Shown here one piece after another: positions 49,255 through 59,238 of a stretch of DNA of 64,000 bases. Made by a program: the position numbers and the translations under genes. The DNA is from a virus. Lineage: Duplodnaviria; Caudoviricetes. The stretch is taken from positions 32,001-96,000 of the IMG/VR virus record IMGVR_UViG_2724679183_000002, one strand, 5' to 3'. Under the pieces are notes generated by a model, which saw nothing but the letters and a program-made list of their open reading frames with translations, searched no databases and was not told the origin of the DNA. Position 1 is the first letter of the stretch. Every line of letters starts with the position of its first letter.

Positions 49255-49455
49255 ATGTCAGCTATAAAGTATTTACAAAGCAGCATGACATTACATAAAA
49301 CCATATATCAGAATAAGTTTGAAAATATTGCTCGTAACGATTTTTTTGCAAACGAAAAGAATTCAGAAAAAGAAAAAATAAAGAGAGGAGAATTCATCAG
49401 GAAGGAAATGACTAAAGGCTATTTGAAATTATTGAGTGCGTGTAAGGAGGGCTAG
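49255..49455 (+). CDS. yopM: YopM/SroA-like protein
   Basis: 66 aa, first gene after the aim locus. Confidence 0.6.
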   Translation: MSAIKYLQSSMTLHKTIYQNKFENIARNDFFANEKNSEKEKIKRGEFIRKEMTKGYLKLLSACKEG

Positions 49456-49460
49456 TACCC

Positions 49461-49793
49461 ATGCAAGTAGTGGACTTAAATGCTACTAAAAAGAAAGTAA
49501 ACAGTACTAAGAGCATTGACGAAAACTTTACTAATATGGTTGTCGAAACATACCTGAATAGCATATTGGACATAAGAAAAATCATACTTAATGCAAAGAC
49601 TCAAAATGACCTATTTAATGCCAAAATGGAAGTGAAAGCGTTGCTCCAGGATATAGATCGTATTCTCAGAGGTGGTGACGTGCTGTCTAGAAACACCGAA
49701 TGCAATCCCCATTATGCTTCGCTAATAACTTTTATGAAACACTTAAAAGCACATATCTCAATTGAATTTGAGCAGTTTATTTATAAACCGTAG
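49461..49793 (+). CDS. yopN: YopN/SroB-like lysogeny-promoting protein
   Basis: 110 aa helical protein. Synteny in the sro operon. Confidence 0.65.
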   Translation: MQVVDLNATKKKVNSTKSIDENFTNMVVETYLNSILDIRKIILNAKTQNDLFNAKMEVKALLQDIDRILRGGDVLSRNTECNPHYASLITFMKHLKAHISIEFEQFIYKP

Positions 49794-49848
49794 CTCTAAA
49801 GGCGGGCATTTATCCTTATTATACATATGGCTTTGTAAGGAGGATTCT

Positions 49849-50070
49849 ATGTCAAAGCGAATTAAAAAGCTGATGGAAGAACGCAACATCACAATAGAAC
49901 AGATTGCAAAAGAAACAATGATTAATATTGAAAAACTCAAGAAAATCATTAATGAACCGCATGAGGGAGATGTAACTTCCGTTAAGCTGATCGCTTTGGT
50001 GCTGGATGTCTCCATTGATGATCTAATTTATGATAACGATTTTAAACGGGAAGGAGGAAAGGAACAATGA
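49849..50070 (+). CDS. yopO: YopO/SroC XRE regulator
   Basis: HTH (LMEERNITIEQIAKET). AAGGAGG RBS. Confidence 0.75.
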   Translation: MSKRIKKLMEERNITIEQIAKETMINIEKLKKIINEPHEGDVTSVKLIALVLDVSIDDLIYDNDFKREGGKEQ

Positions 50071-51149
50071 GTGCAGAAATTAAACCTATTAAGGAATATA
50101 AAGTGTTTGATGACATTATGTCGTTTCTCTATAGCAAGGACATAGCCAGTAGCTCTGGGAACTCAAAGTATCAAACCAAGGACGCGCCTATGGTTTCTAA
50201 TACACGAAAAAATTATACAGGTGATATAAAGCAATTTTTCAGGATCTTAAAAGAAAAAGAAATCGAATATTTGTCTGAAAGTGATTTAACGATTACTAAA
50301 AGCGATCTGACAGGGTTTATTAAGTATCTTCAAAGTAAAGGGCTTGTAAACAAAACCATTAAAAGAAAATTAGCATCCCTAAAAATGCTTTATAAGTACC
50401 TTAGCTACGATTACAAAGAATTTATTGACTTAAGTGTTTTTGATTCTGTTGGAAAGTTGAAAACAGTTGAAAAAAACTGGGGAAGAACTAATAAAGAAGA
50501 AGCCGATCTTATCGCAGAAGACATGTATATTAACGAACGCCAAAAACCATTACTCAAAAAGCTTTGTGTGAAGGCAGCAGCAAGAACTTCTTTTCGTCTT
50601 AGTGCGTTATTAAGAATTAGATGGAGTGATTTTGAAATTGATTCAGCGACCGAGCATTATGTGGTTTCTGTTTTAGACAAGGGATCCAAAGTGGTGTCAA
50701 CGGGAATCAATAAATCTTTTTATGAAGAGCTTTTAGAACTAAAGAATAAAAATACAGTCGACACAGATTATGTTTTTAAAGGGCTTTCTGAGCAATCACT
50801 TAGACATTCTTTAAAACGTTCTAAAGAAAGGCTGGGTATTCCGCCAGAGAGGGACTTGAAATTTCACTCTTTTAAGGGAGTGGGTATTGACTATGTTTAT
50901 GAACACACTGGGCACGACATATTAGCTGCAAGAGAACAAGGAAATCATAGCAGTGTATCAACCACAGAACGCTATATGAGCAAAAGAAATGATATATCTA
51001 AAACTGCTGGTGTTATTATGGACGAGGAAATTGAAATAAACAAGCTTTATGAAGCTAAGAAAGAAGATTTTGTTTCTTTTTTTGAAAAAGCAGAGCCGGC
51101 TATACTGAATAAATTCATTAAATTCCTATCGGAATCTAATGGGTTCTAA
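50067..51149 (+). CDS. yopP: YopP/SroD tyrosine-recombinase-fold protein
   Basis: TSFRLSALL, KG, HSFK (R->K variant), GNHSS, ERY. Confidence 0.8.
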   Translation: MSAEIKPIKEYKVFDDIMSFLYSKDIASSSGNSKYQTKDAPMVSNTRKNYTGDIKQFFRILKEKEIEYLSESDLTITKSDLTGFIKYLQSKGLVNKTIKRKLASLKMLYKYLSYDYKEFIDLSVFDSVGKLKTVEKNWGRTNKEEADLIAEDMYINERQKPLLKKLCVKAAARTSFRLSALLRIRWSDFEIDSATEHYVVSVLDKGSKVVSTGINKSFYEELLELKNKNTVDTDYVFKGLSEQSLRHSLKRSKERLGIPPERDLKFHSFKGVGIDYVYEHTGHDILAAREQGNHSSVSTTERYMSKRNDISKTAGVIMDEEIEINKLYEAKKEDFVSFFEKAEPAILNKFIKFLSESNGF

Positions 51150-51239
51150 TTTTAATGATTATTATTTATTTTTCTCTTGATAATAAAGTTGCCCTTTGGT
51201 AACTTTATTTTAGCGACATAATATGAGGTGATACAAATA

Positions 51240-52631
51240 ATGACGGTGATATTTGACCAAGCTGCAAATGAGAAATTGCTCAGCGAAATGAGAGATGTGT
51301 TCTCTAGAAAAAAACATATTCGCTCTTTTATAAATGATGTCCATACAGTTATGGCTGAGTTTAAAATATCTCCTGGCTCAACACAAAAAATAATTAATGA
51401 ATTAGAAAAACCTGAGTTAGACCTTTCGAAAGAATATATGTACTTCTTAGCTAAATGTCTATTCAAGATTCTTGAATCAGAGAGGTTTAATCCTGCTAAT
51501 TATTTTACAGAAGCAGATATGCAAGAAATTGAAACGCTTTGGGAAGGCGAAGTAGAAGAAGAAATTAAATTTCCTTACACTTTTAAAAATGCCGTTAAAT
51601 ACTCAGAAAGTAACTTAACGTTCCAAATTACGGCTGAAGATCTTTATCGCCTATTTGAAAACAAACTTCTTCATTATAATCCAAATGCACAAAGAACAAA
51701 TAAAACCAAGAAGCTTGAAGGAACTGATATTGAAATACCTGTACCAGAGTTAAACAAAAAATCGGTGGAAGAAATAAAAGAGCTTTTTAAAGACGGCAAG
51801 TTGATTAGCTCAATGTTTACTTTTAATGCACGTGTAGGAAGTGCAGATGAAGGAATTGAGTTAATATATGACGAAGAAAGTATGTCTTTAACTATAACAG
51901 AAGGTACGATATTGGATGTATTGGATGGGTATCATAGGCTTATAGGGATAACTGCTGCAATTAGGCAACATCCTGAGCTCAAGCACTTACTAAAACGTGT
52001 GTTTAAAGTGGATATTTACAACTACACTCAAAAGCAGGCGAGAGAGCATTTTGGACAACAGAACACTATAAACCCTGTGAAAAAGTCCAAGGTTGCTGAG
52101 ATGAGTCAACATCACTTTTCAAATAAGATTGTTAAGTTTATTCAAGACAACAGTCTTATTGGTGATTACATTAAGACCAACGGTGATTGGATTAACCGGG
52201 GCCAAAACCAGTTAATTACCTTTTCCGATTTCAAGAAAGCAATTGAACGTAGCTATTACAAAAAGGATTTTAGTAATCAAGCGGATATCTTGAAAACAGG
52301 AAGGTATTTAAGTGCATTTTTTGATGCAATAGCCAATATTTATATTGATGAATTTTTAGGAAGTATTGCAGATGAACGTAAGCGGTCTCTTGTAAACAGC
52401 AATTTGTTCTTTAACGGGTATGTTCTCTTAGCGAAACGATTCCAGGAGTTAAATGTTTCAATTGATGACTTAGAAAATAAAGTAAAAGAAGTACTAAAAC
52501 CAATTGATTTTGGAAAAGACAACGAGCTGTGGAAGGAACTTGGGATTATTGATAATAACGGTAATCCGAAAGCTCCTCAAAAGATATGTGACTTCTTCAG
52601 AGATATAGAGATAGAACAGCAATTTAATTAG
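51240..52631 (+). CDS. yopQ: YopQ/SroE DGQHR/DndB-ParB-like protein
   Basis: VLDGYHR motif. Synteny. Confidence 0.75.
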   Translation: MTVIFDQAANEKLLSEMRDVFSRKKHIRSFINDVHTVMAEFKISPGSTQKIINELEKPELDLSKEYMYFLAKCLFKILESERFNPANYFTEADMQEIETLWEGEVEEEIKFPYTFKNAVKYSESNLTFQITAEDLYRLFENKLLHYNPNAQRTNKTKKLEGTDIEIPVPELNKKSVEEIKELFKDGKLISSMFTFNARVGSADEGIELIYDEESMSLTITEGTILDVLDGYHRLIGITAAIRQHPELKHLLKRVFKVDIYNYTQKQAREHFGQQNTINPVKKSKVAEMSQHHFSNKIVKFIQDNSLIGDYIKTNGDWINRGQNQLITFSDFKKAIERSYYKKDFSNQADILKTGRYLSAFFDAIANIYIDEFLGSIADERKRSLVNSNLFFNGYVLLAKRFQELNVSIDDLENKVKEVLKPIDFGKDNELWKELGIIDNNGNPKAPQKICDFFRDIEIEQQFN

Positions 52632-52639
52632 CTTAGGAG

Positions 52640-53629
52640 ATGTTTGATGCAATGTTCAATAGTGATATTAAGGAAAAGTATTTGGATTCTGTTACAGAAG
52701 CAGTAGCCCATCAATTAAGGCCTCTATTCTCAAAATCAGAGATAACAGAAAATCTTTATAAAAAAGATATTTATGACTTCACTTCAGTGCAGATTTTAGA
52801 ATTAATACGATCATTCGACCAAACAACAATTGGGAGTGTAAAAAGAACATTATCATTATTGTCAACGTATATCGATTGGGCAACATCTTATAATTTGAGC
52901 AAAGGTGCTGTTAACTTAGCGAGAACGATATCGAACGATGAGCTTTATGAGTGCCTAGGTGATAAAAAATTATACATCTCATTTAGTGAACTGGAAGACA
53001 TGCAAGACAAATTACTCAATTATCAATCGAAAGCAGTGCTCAGATGTTTATTTGAGGGTATATCAGGCATGGCTCATTCTGAACTACTTAGTCTTTCAAG
53101 GCAACAAATAGAAGAAGCAATGCTAAACGGCAACGTACTGACACTACATGACATAAAGAATGGAGATCGAAAGTTAAAAGTGAGTAGCGACTGTCTTATT
53201 ATTGCTTTAAATGCTTCGAAAGAAAGTACGTACCAATTAAAAAATGGAAGAGCCGAAGGACGAGCAAAAGAAGTTTCTTTAGTGGACAATGACTTTGTAA
53301 TTAAAACTAAAAAAACCAGAGGTAAAAATGAAGGTCAAGCAGGTAGACATATAATAACGAACTTAATAACAGATATCTCTGAGTTCTTTAAAATAAACTT
53401 CCTGACACCTAATACAATTGTAAGATCAGGACATCTTTATCGTGCATATCAGCTTTATAAAGAACGAGGTGTTATTGATAACGCTGTTAGATACCAAATC
53501 ATTGATGAATTTAATTTGAACGTAAATAGAGTCAGGGCTGTTTACAGCATGAAAGATTACATTAATGAAGAAGAGATAAAAAAGCTCTATGCAGAAGAAT
53601 TAGGCTTGAAAGATGAAGAATTAATTTAA
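52640..53629 (+). CDS. mrpR: Master repressor MrpR (YopR/SroF), degenerate recombinase fold
   Basis: MFNSDIKEKYL...LFEGI...LTPNTIVRSG. Catalytic residues degenerate. Last gene of the operon. Confidence 0.85.
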   Translation: MFDAMFNSDIKEKYLDSVTEAVAHQLRPLFSKSEITENLYKKDIYDFTSVQILELIRSFDQTTIGSVKRTLSLLSTYIDWATSYNLSKGAVNLARTISNDELYECLGDKKLYISFSELEDMQDKLLNYQSKAVLRCLFEGISGMAHSELLSLSRQQIEEAMLNGNVLTLHDIKNGDRKLKVSSDCLIIALNASKESTYQLKNGRAEGRAKEVSLVDNDFVIKTKKTRGKNEGQAGRHIITNLITDISEFFKINFLTPNTIVRSGHLYRAYQLYKERGVIDNAVRYQIIDEFNLNVNRVRAVYSMKDYINEEEIKKLYAEELGLKDEELI

Positions 53630-53641
53630 ATAAGTATTCGC

Positions 53642-53671
53642 CACCCAGCAAAAATAAACTGGGTGTTTTTT
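53642..53671 (+). terminator. Intrinsic terminator
   Basis: CACCCAG...CTGGGTG followed by a T tract. Confidence 0.7.
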
Positions 53672-53855
53672 CTCGCTTTAAAAACAAAATATAAGCACAT
53701 TAATAATAGTCGTTTAAAAAATTTTGATATTCGACAAAAATAGACATAATAAGTCAAAATAAGTTCTTTCCACCACTAGCAACATGTAGTAAAATAGTTG
53801 TGTAAACCATACGGTTTACTCAGGAGGAGACCAAGACATTTGTCTTAGTCGAAAT

Positions 53856-54080
53856 TCAATGCCTTTCAACCTTGAATTCATAGAGGTCTTCCACATTACA
53901 ATCTAATGCATCAGCGATTCTTATTGCTGTTCTAATTGTCATCTCGACTTTTTTCATCCGGTTATAATCGCTTAGTTGTTGCTTCTTTATTCCAGTTATT
54001 TCAGCAAGTTCATTGATTGTAATGTCTTTCTTTCTACAAAGTTCAGGTATCAAGCATTGCCCGATCTCAACTTTAATCAT
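53856..54080 (-). CDS. yopS: YopS XRE regulator
   Basis: 74 aa HTH (ITINELAEITGIKKQQLSDY). Confidence 0.8.
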   Translation of the reverse strand: MIKVEIGQCLIPELCRKKDITINELAEITGIKKQQLSDYNRMKKVEMTIRTAIRIADALDCNVEDLYEFKVERH

Positions 54081-54202
54081 TATCGGACATCCTCCTGCTA
54101 GTTCTGTTATGGAAAGACATAATACATATCATACCATACGATGACTTCAAATAACCACTAGCGTTACACTCACAATAAATGTATAATGTTAATAAACAAA
54201 AC

Positions 54203-54216
54203 AGAACGCTTGTTCC
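54203..54216 (+). promoter_or_regulatory. LexA (SOS) box upstream of yopT
   Basis: aGAAC-GCTT-GTTCc matches the Bacillus GAAC-N4-GTTC box. Lies just downstream of TG-TATAAT. Confidence 0.65.
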
Positions 54217-54262
54217 CTTGTAAGGTTGTCAAAGAGAAAAAACATAGTATAGGAGAATGAGG

Positions 54263-54478
54263 ATGGCAGGTTATTTGAACAATGTATCATTAAATCTTGA
54301 AATAGTACTTAAAAACACAGCAAAAAATGAAGAGGTATCTCAAACTATTGCCGAAAGACTTTGTGAAAAATTAATGGTTACCAGGGAAGTAACTTTTTTG
54401 CAAGCAGATGGCACTGTTGAAAAATTTAAATTGAATGACATTGATTATGAGATATCTAATACTGAAGAAATACTTTAA
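54263..54478 (+). CDS. yopT: YopT-like protein
   Basis: MAGYLNN..LNLEIVLKN...FL.ADG.VE.FKL matches the recalled YopT. Confidence 0.75.
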   Translation: MAGYLNNVSLNLEIVLKNTAKNEEVSQTIAERLCEKLMVTREVTFLQADGTVEKFKLNDIDYEISNTEEIL

Positions 54479-54553
54479 ATAAAATAAATAGGAAGACTCC
54501 ATTGAACCACAGCACGAATTATTGCAGCGTAGTTGGAGCTTGTAGGTGAACAC

Positions 54554-54751
54554 GTGAAATTATTTGTTGATCTTCAGGATTACAACACCATTAATCTCAA
54601 ACTAACTAAAAAGGTTTTAACATCTGAACAGTACCAATTCCTTTTGAACTTTAATGGAAAACAAGTAGACATTACGGTTTCAATAACGCCAGAAAATCTG
54701 GTGAAAATAAGAGATCATATCAATGAAATAATATTTAAATTTGCCGAATAA
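54554..54751 (+). CDS. YopU-like protein
   Basis: 65 aa. Synteny. Confidence 0.55.
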   Translation: MKLFVDLQDYNTINLKLTKKVLTSEQYQFLLNFNGKQVDITVSITPENLVKIRDHINEIIFKFAE

Positions 54752-54869
54752 AAATCAAATTCGATCATTTGGAAAAAATATGATCGAATTTGATTGACAA
54801 AAACAATTTTGTGGGTTACCTTATAGTTAAATATAAAAAATAAGCATAAGGAGGATCGTAGATAAAGCG

Positions 54870-55049
54870 ATGTTGCTTGATGAAAAGCTGAATAAATTAA
54901 AAGGCGCATATGACACACTCCTCATTCATAAGAGTAAAAATGAAATGAGAAGAGTTGTAGGATTGTTTCACTCAATAATTGATTATGCGTATGAAGGCAT
55001 GTACATAGCTGAGGCACAAATCGACCAAGAAGGAGAGGCAAATGATTAG
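54870..55049 (+). CDS. yopV: YopV-like protein (59 aa)
   Basis: MLLDEKL...FHSIIDYAYEGMYIAE. AAGGAGG RBS. Confidence 0.7.
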   Translation: MLLDEKLNKLKGAYDTLLIHKSKNEMRRVVGLFHSIIDYAYEGMYIAEAQIDQEGEAND

Positions 55050-55284
55050 TATAAAAAGTCCTAAGATTAATACAATTACACTAACTGACTCTAACAAAGC
55101 AAGTTTAGTTAGAAGAATTATAGAAAAAGAGAAACTCGGTTATGAATGCACTCATCCAATAACAGAGAAGTTCTTTGAGTTTGTTGCTACCGGTTCTGCT
55201 AAAAGGGGTAGCAAATACCGAAGGGAATACATAGGGTATACAAAATTTTTCACCAAAATGAAACTTATTAAAAATAAAATATAA
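55042..55284 (+). CDS. Hypothetical protein
   Basis: 80 aa, overlapping the yopV stop. Confidence 0.55.
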   Translation: MISIKSPKINTITLTDSNKASLVRRIIEKEKLGYECTHPITEKFFEFVATGSAKRGSKYRREYIGYTKFFTKMKLIKNKI

Positions 55285-55354
55285 GTATGTAAAATGTAAG
55301 TTTTATCAAGATTGAAATAGGCCGGCAGGCGATAGTGAGGAGTGAAGTATTATT

Positions 55355-55591
55355 ATGAAGAATTTATGTTGTGAAACGTGTGGGTTGGATACCCATGAAA
55401 ATACAACGCCTATCTTTGAAAAGCCTTTAAGATTTGCTTTTCGATCAGATATCAAGCAGTTAGAACAAAATACTGACGACCATAGAAAACAAGAAAATAT
55501 CTGTTTAGACTGTTTCACTGCTGAATTGCAACAGGTTAGCAAGGATTGTAAAACACGGTGCAAATTTAAATCAAAGGAGAGCGGACAATGA
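55355..55591 (+). CDS. Cys-rich small protein
   Basis: CETC...CLDC. GAGGAG RBS. Confidence 0.55.
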   Translation: MKNLCCETCGLDTHENTTPIFEKPLRFAFRSDIKQLEQNTDDHRKQENICLDCFTAELQQVSKDCKTRCKFKSKESGQ

Positions 55592-56256
55592 ATCTACAAA
55601 AAATGTTCGAAATGCAAAAGGTGCTGGATGATCGGATCATCAAAGAAAAGGGGCTTGAGGGGCGGGACTTGCTGCCGAACCTCATTCTTGCTCTACAGGT
55701 GGAGCTGGCCGAGTGTGCGAATGAATGGCGCGGCTTTAAGCATTGGAGTGATGACCGGGAGCCGCGTACGAAAATAGAGCATTTTTGTCCAACATGTGAT
55801 GGCACTGGCGATGAAAATCATGATATTAATTTGCAATATCTCGAAGAAGGGCATGCAGTTGAACCATATTCCGAATGCCAAGACTGCAACGGCTCTGGGA
55901 AGTTAGGTGAAACAAATCCTCTACTTGAGGAATACGTTGACTGCCTGCACTTTATTTTGAGTATTGGGAATCACATCAATTATAAAATCGTCTCTACAAA
56001 AGAATTACAAGCGTTCTTTTGTGAAATTAATCTGACGGAACAATTCGCCTCATTATTTGAGGAAATCGTATATATGGCACAAGCAACGAGAGGTCATTCT
56101 CCAGCGGAACAAGCGTTAGCAAAGTATAGGTATGTATCTCTATTTCAAATATTCATAGGCTTGGGAGTAATGCTCGATTTTACCACTGAACAAATCGAAG
56201 CCGCCTACATGGAGAAAAACGCCGTCAATCATCAGCGGCAGCAGGAGGGGTATTGA
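55588..56256 (+). CDS. Dimeric dUTPase (dUTPase_2) with Zn-finger insert
   Basis: Q..LD, VELAECANEWRGFKHW, EEYVDCLHFILS, Y.EKN.VNHQRQ..GY. Insert CPTCDGTG...CQDCNGSG. Confidence 0.88.
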   Translation: MNLQKMFEMQKVLDDRIIKEKGLEGRDLLPNLILALQVELAECANEWRGFKHWSDDREPRTKIEHFCPTCDGTGDENHDINLQYLEEGHAVEPYSECQDCNGSGKLGETNPLLEEYVDCLHFILSIGNHINYKIVSTKELQAFFCEINLTEQFASLFEEIVYMAQATRGHSPAEQALAKYRYVSLFQIFIGLGVMLDFTTEQIEAAYMEKNAVNHQRQQEGY

Positions 56257-56639
56257 TGGAGAAATTTGATCTTAAATTAATCGGCGGACAGCTGGTAATT
56301 GATATGGGACAAACAGCAGATGACAGATTCAAGCATATAGGTTATAACGGCCAGCCTGCTATTTATGATTTTGATGAAATCTGTGTACCAATTATCGGCA
56401 CAGTGGAGTTAAGCGATGAGCAAATAAAGAAGATTGGGCTTGCTTATACAAACGGTGATAAATGTGATTACTGTGAAGAATACACGGACAAGGTGCGGCC
56501 CTCTCCTTTTATGGCCGATGCGGGTGCTTCAATGTGTAAAGAGTGTTGGGACGGAACAAAAGAAGAATATGCCACATCCACCGATGAGCATATTGGGGAT
56601 TTTGAGGATTACCCACACTGGAAGGAGGGCGCGGAATGA
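56253..56639 (+). CDS. Hypothetical protein with CxxC pairs
   Basis: CDYC...CKEC. Confidence 0.6.
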   Translation: MMEKFDLKLIGGQLVIDMGQTADDRFKHIGYNGQPAIYDFDEICVPIIGTVELSDEQIKKIGLAYTNGDKCDYCEEYTDKVRPSPFMADAGASMCKECWDGTKEEYATSTDEHIGDFEDYPHWKEGAE

Positions 56640-56833
56640 GAAGTCCAACAGAGAAACAATTGGGATTAATTCGAAACATGGAGCAATATATAAGTGCAAG
56701 ATTCACCGGTAATACAATAAGAGAAGCAAGCGAATTTATTACAAATCATATGGATGAATACCAAGAAGAGAAAGAAATGGCCGATGAATCAAAGGTTTTA
56801 TATGATGATGTTTACTATGAAGAAAGCTGGTAA
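56636..56833 (+). CDS. Hypothetical protein
   Basis: PTEKQL..I...T..EASEFI motif. Confidence 0.6.
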   Translation: MRSPTEKQLGLIRNMEQYISARFTGNTIREASEFITNHMDEYQEEKEMADESKVLYDDVYYEESW

Positions 56834-56951
56834 CCTTGCCTGAAGCATAGAGAATCTAAATAAAAGATGCATTTTAAAGAGATACCTTGTTTGGAGGAAT
56901 AAAACCATATAAACTTTAGTAGAGACAATTAAATACAAGGGAGAAAAATAT

Positions 56952-58373
56952 ATGAATAAAAAAGCCATAAAAAGACCAAAAGTGTTTATATCATATTGTT
57001 GGACTTCTGAACAACATGAAGAATGGGTTTTAGATCTAGCAATACGATTGTCTGAGGGGGATGGCATAGAGGTTATACTTGATAAGTGGGATTTAAAAGA
57101 AGGACAAGATAAATATGCATTCATGGAGAGTATGGTTACTTCTAAAGAAATAGATAGGGTATTAATCATTTGTGATTCTGGATATCAAAATAAAGCTGAT
57201 AATAGGACAGGTGGAGTAGGGGATGAAACTCAAATAATTACCCCGAATGTTTATTCGGATACAAAACAAGAAAAGTTTATTCCTATTATTGCAGAACGAG
57301 ATGAAAAAGGAAATGCTTTCATTCCTGCTTACGTTAAGAATAGAATTTATATTGAACTATCTAATGAAGAAACTTTTGAAGAAAATTATGAAAAATTGAT
57401 TAGAAATATAATGAAAGCACCAAAGTATAAAAAACCACCTCTGGGTGAACTACCATTATATTTATTTGATGAAGAAATAAACCACTTTAAAACTAAAAAC
57501 ATTATTAGAAAAATGAGAAACGCTCTTGAAAAAAATCCTTCAAGGATTAGTTTCCTTTCAGAAGAATTTATTGAAGCATTTGTTGAATCTTTAAAAGGGT
57601 TACAAATTCAAAATGAAAAAATTGAAAATAATCAAATCGACGATTTAATTAAAGAAGGAATTGATAAGTCATTGCCATTAAAAGATGACTTTATAAATTA
57701 TTTAAAAGTACTAATTGAGGCAGACAAGGTTGATTCGGATGCTTTGGCAGAGCTCTTTGAAAGAATATATGTTTTCACAGAAATACAAAAAGGAATGGAT
57801 CATTGTCATCCGGAACAATTTGATCACTTTAAGTTTATACTTCATGAAATCGTTATATACACCTTCACTCTACTGTTCAAGTATAAAATGTACAGCATTA
57901 TTGCTGACCTATTAGATATGGAATACAATTTGTCATTTAGGGGAAGTTCTGAAAACTTAACTGCATTCAGATTTTATATAACATCTCTAGATAAAAGAAA
58001 CAAGAAGCTTAAATTGAATAGGGTAAGTTATCATTCTGAATTATTGATGCAAAGATCGAACGACTTAAGAGACGAATTGATAGTAGCTGATGTCTTGCTT
58101 TTTCATTTACTAAGAATGAGAAGTGTAAACTTTGATTGGTTTCCAATCACATATATCCATAATCTTTTTCATTTAAACATTAAGTTTTTAAGTAAATTAA
58201 AGTCTGAAAAGTTTGCCCGAAAAAATTTAAGCGTATTTGGTGTTGACACTATTGAAGAATTAAAAAATAAGATTAAGAACTTTGGAAGGCCTGTATCATT
58301 TCAATCAACTTTTGACAGTGCTCCTATTCCAAGTCAATTTATAAAACCAGAAGATATTGCAACCAAGCCATAA
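56952..58373 (+). CDS. SEFIR/TIR-domain protein (putative antiphage effector)
   Basis: PKVFISY.W....HEEWV..LA.RL...GIEVILDKWDL..GQD...FME and GGVG.E. Very AT-rich. Confidence 0.85.
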   Translation: MNKKAIKRPKVFISYCWTSEQHEEWVLDLAIRLSEGDGIEVILDKWDLKEGQDKYAFMESMVTSKEIDRVLIICDSGYQNKADNRTGGVGDETQIITPNVYSDTKQEKFIPIIAERDEKGNAFIPAYVKNRIYIELSNEETFEENYEKLIRNIMKAPKYKKPPLGELPLYLFDEEINHFKTKNIIRKMRNALEKNPSRISFLSEEFIEAFVESLKGLQIQNEKIENNQIDDLIKEGIDKSLPLKDDFINYLKVLIEADKVDSDALAELFERIYVFTEIQKGMDHCHPEQFDHFKFILHEIVIYTFTLLFKYKMYSIIADLLDMEYNLSFRGSSENLTAFRFYITSLDKRNKKLKLNRVSYHSELLMQRSNDLRDELIVADVLLFHLLRMRSVNFDWFPITYIHNLFHLNIKFLSKLKSEKFARKNLSVFGVDTIEELKNKIKNFGRPVSFQSTFDSAPIPSQFIKPEDIATKP

Positions 58374-58469
58374 TAGAATAAAGGCGTCAATACATATCAA
58401 TATAATGACGCCTTAAATATTTTTATATTTAATAAAAGGATTATTTCATCCGGAAGGGAAGAGAGCAAA

Positions 58470-58655
58470 GTGAATTGGTTGGACAATTATATTCAAAATA
58501 ACGAAACCGGTTATCTAGTTGGATCTGATGAAGAACTGTGGGTTGATATGAAAAACGGCTATGTTAGAAGCGCAACAGGTACAAAAGAGCCAGTAGGTTT
58601 AATCGAAATAACAAAGAATGAATTTATTAAAAAGTTAGTTGAAAGGGTGTCGTAG
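58470..58655 (+). CDS. Hypothetical protein
   Basis: 61 aa with RBS. Confidence 0.5.
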   Translation: MNWLDNYIQNNETGYLVGSDEELWVDMKNGYVRSATGTKEPVGLIEITKNEFIKKLVERVS

Positions 58656-58811
58656 GTATAGGCTACATTAAACACATAATTAAAACAGCCTGGTTTAACT
58701 TGGTTTGGTTTAAATGGCATCTTGGAGCTGACATAAGCGTATTTGACGGCTGCGGGTGGAATACATATAAATATCTAAAGGATAAAAATAAAATAAGCGG
58801 AGGTTATGTAA

Positions 58812-59027
58812 GTGCTAAAGACGAATCTGCATAGCAACCACGTTGATGAGATTATTGGAGAATATTACGCTGCTAAAGGATATTCAGTCCAGAGCATTGA
58901 ACGTCAGGAAAATGGACAGCTGATTGTTGTTACGGAGCGAGTAGCAGAAGAGCAGGAACCAGCAAAAGTTGATTTAGCATTTGATTTCATACATAAAAGA
59001 CCGCACAGAAAAAAATATCTTGCTTAA
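58812..59027 (+). CDS. Hypothetical protein
   Basis: 71 aa with GGAGG RBS. Confidence 0.55.
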   Translation: MLKTNLHSNHVDEIIGEYYAAKGYSVQSIERQENGQLIVVTERVAEEQEPAKVDLAFDFIHKRPHRKKYLA

Positions 59028-59041
59028 AAGGAGATATAAAA

Positions 59042-59197
59042 ATGGACAGAATGAAAGAGCTTATTAGGAAAAATCTGAGCTTGAAGAAGATGTTAGAAGC
59101 TAACGAAAAAGAGATACTTGAGGAAAAACGTAAAATAAGAATTCGAAAAATTTCACGAAAGTTAGTCGAAAGACAGCAAGAAAAAGCATTAGTCTAA
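59042..59197 (+). CDS. Small basic coiled-coil protein (51 aa)
   Basis: AAGGAG RBS. MDRMKELIRKNLSLKK...EKALV. Confidence 0.5.
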   Translation: MDRMKELIRKNLSLKKMLEANEKEILEEKRKIRIRKISRKLVERQQEKALV

Positions 59198-59238
59198 ATG
59201 AAATCGTGATTTTAAATAGATTAGGAGGAAAAAAGATT

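Noticed and set aside
50067-53629. YopP/YopR as the prophage integrase
   Set aside because: Catalytic motifs are altered (HSFK in YopP, degenerate in YopR). These are known as regulatory Sro proteins, and no att site is visible.
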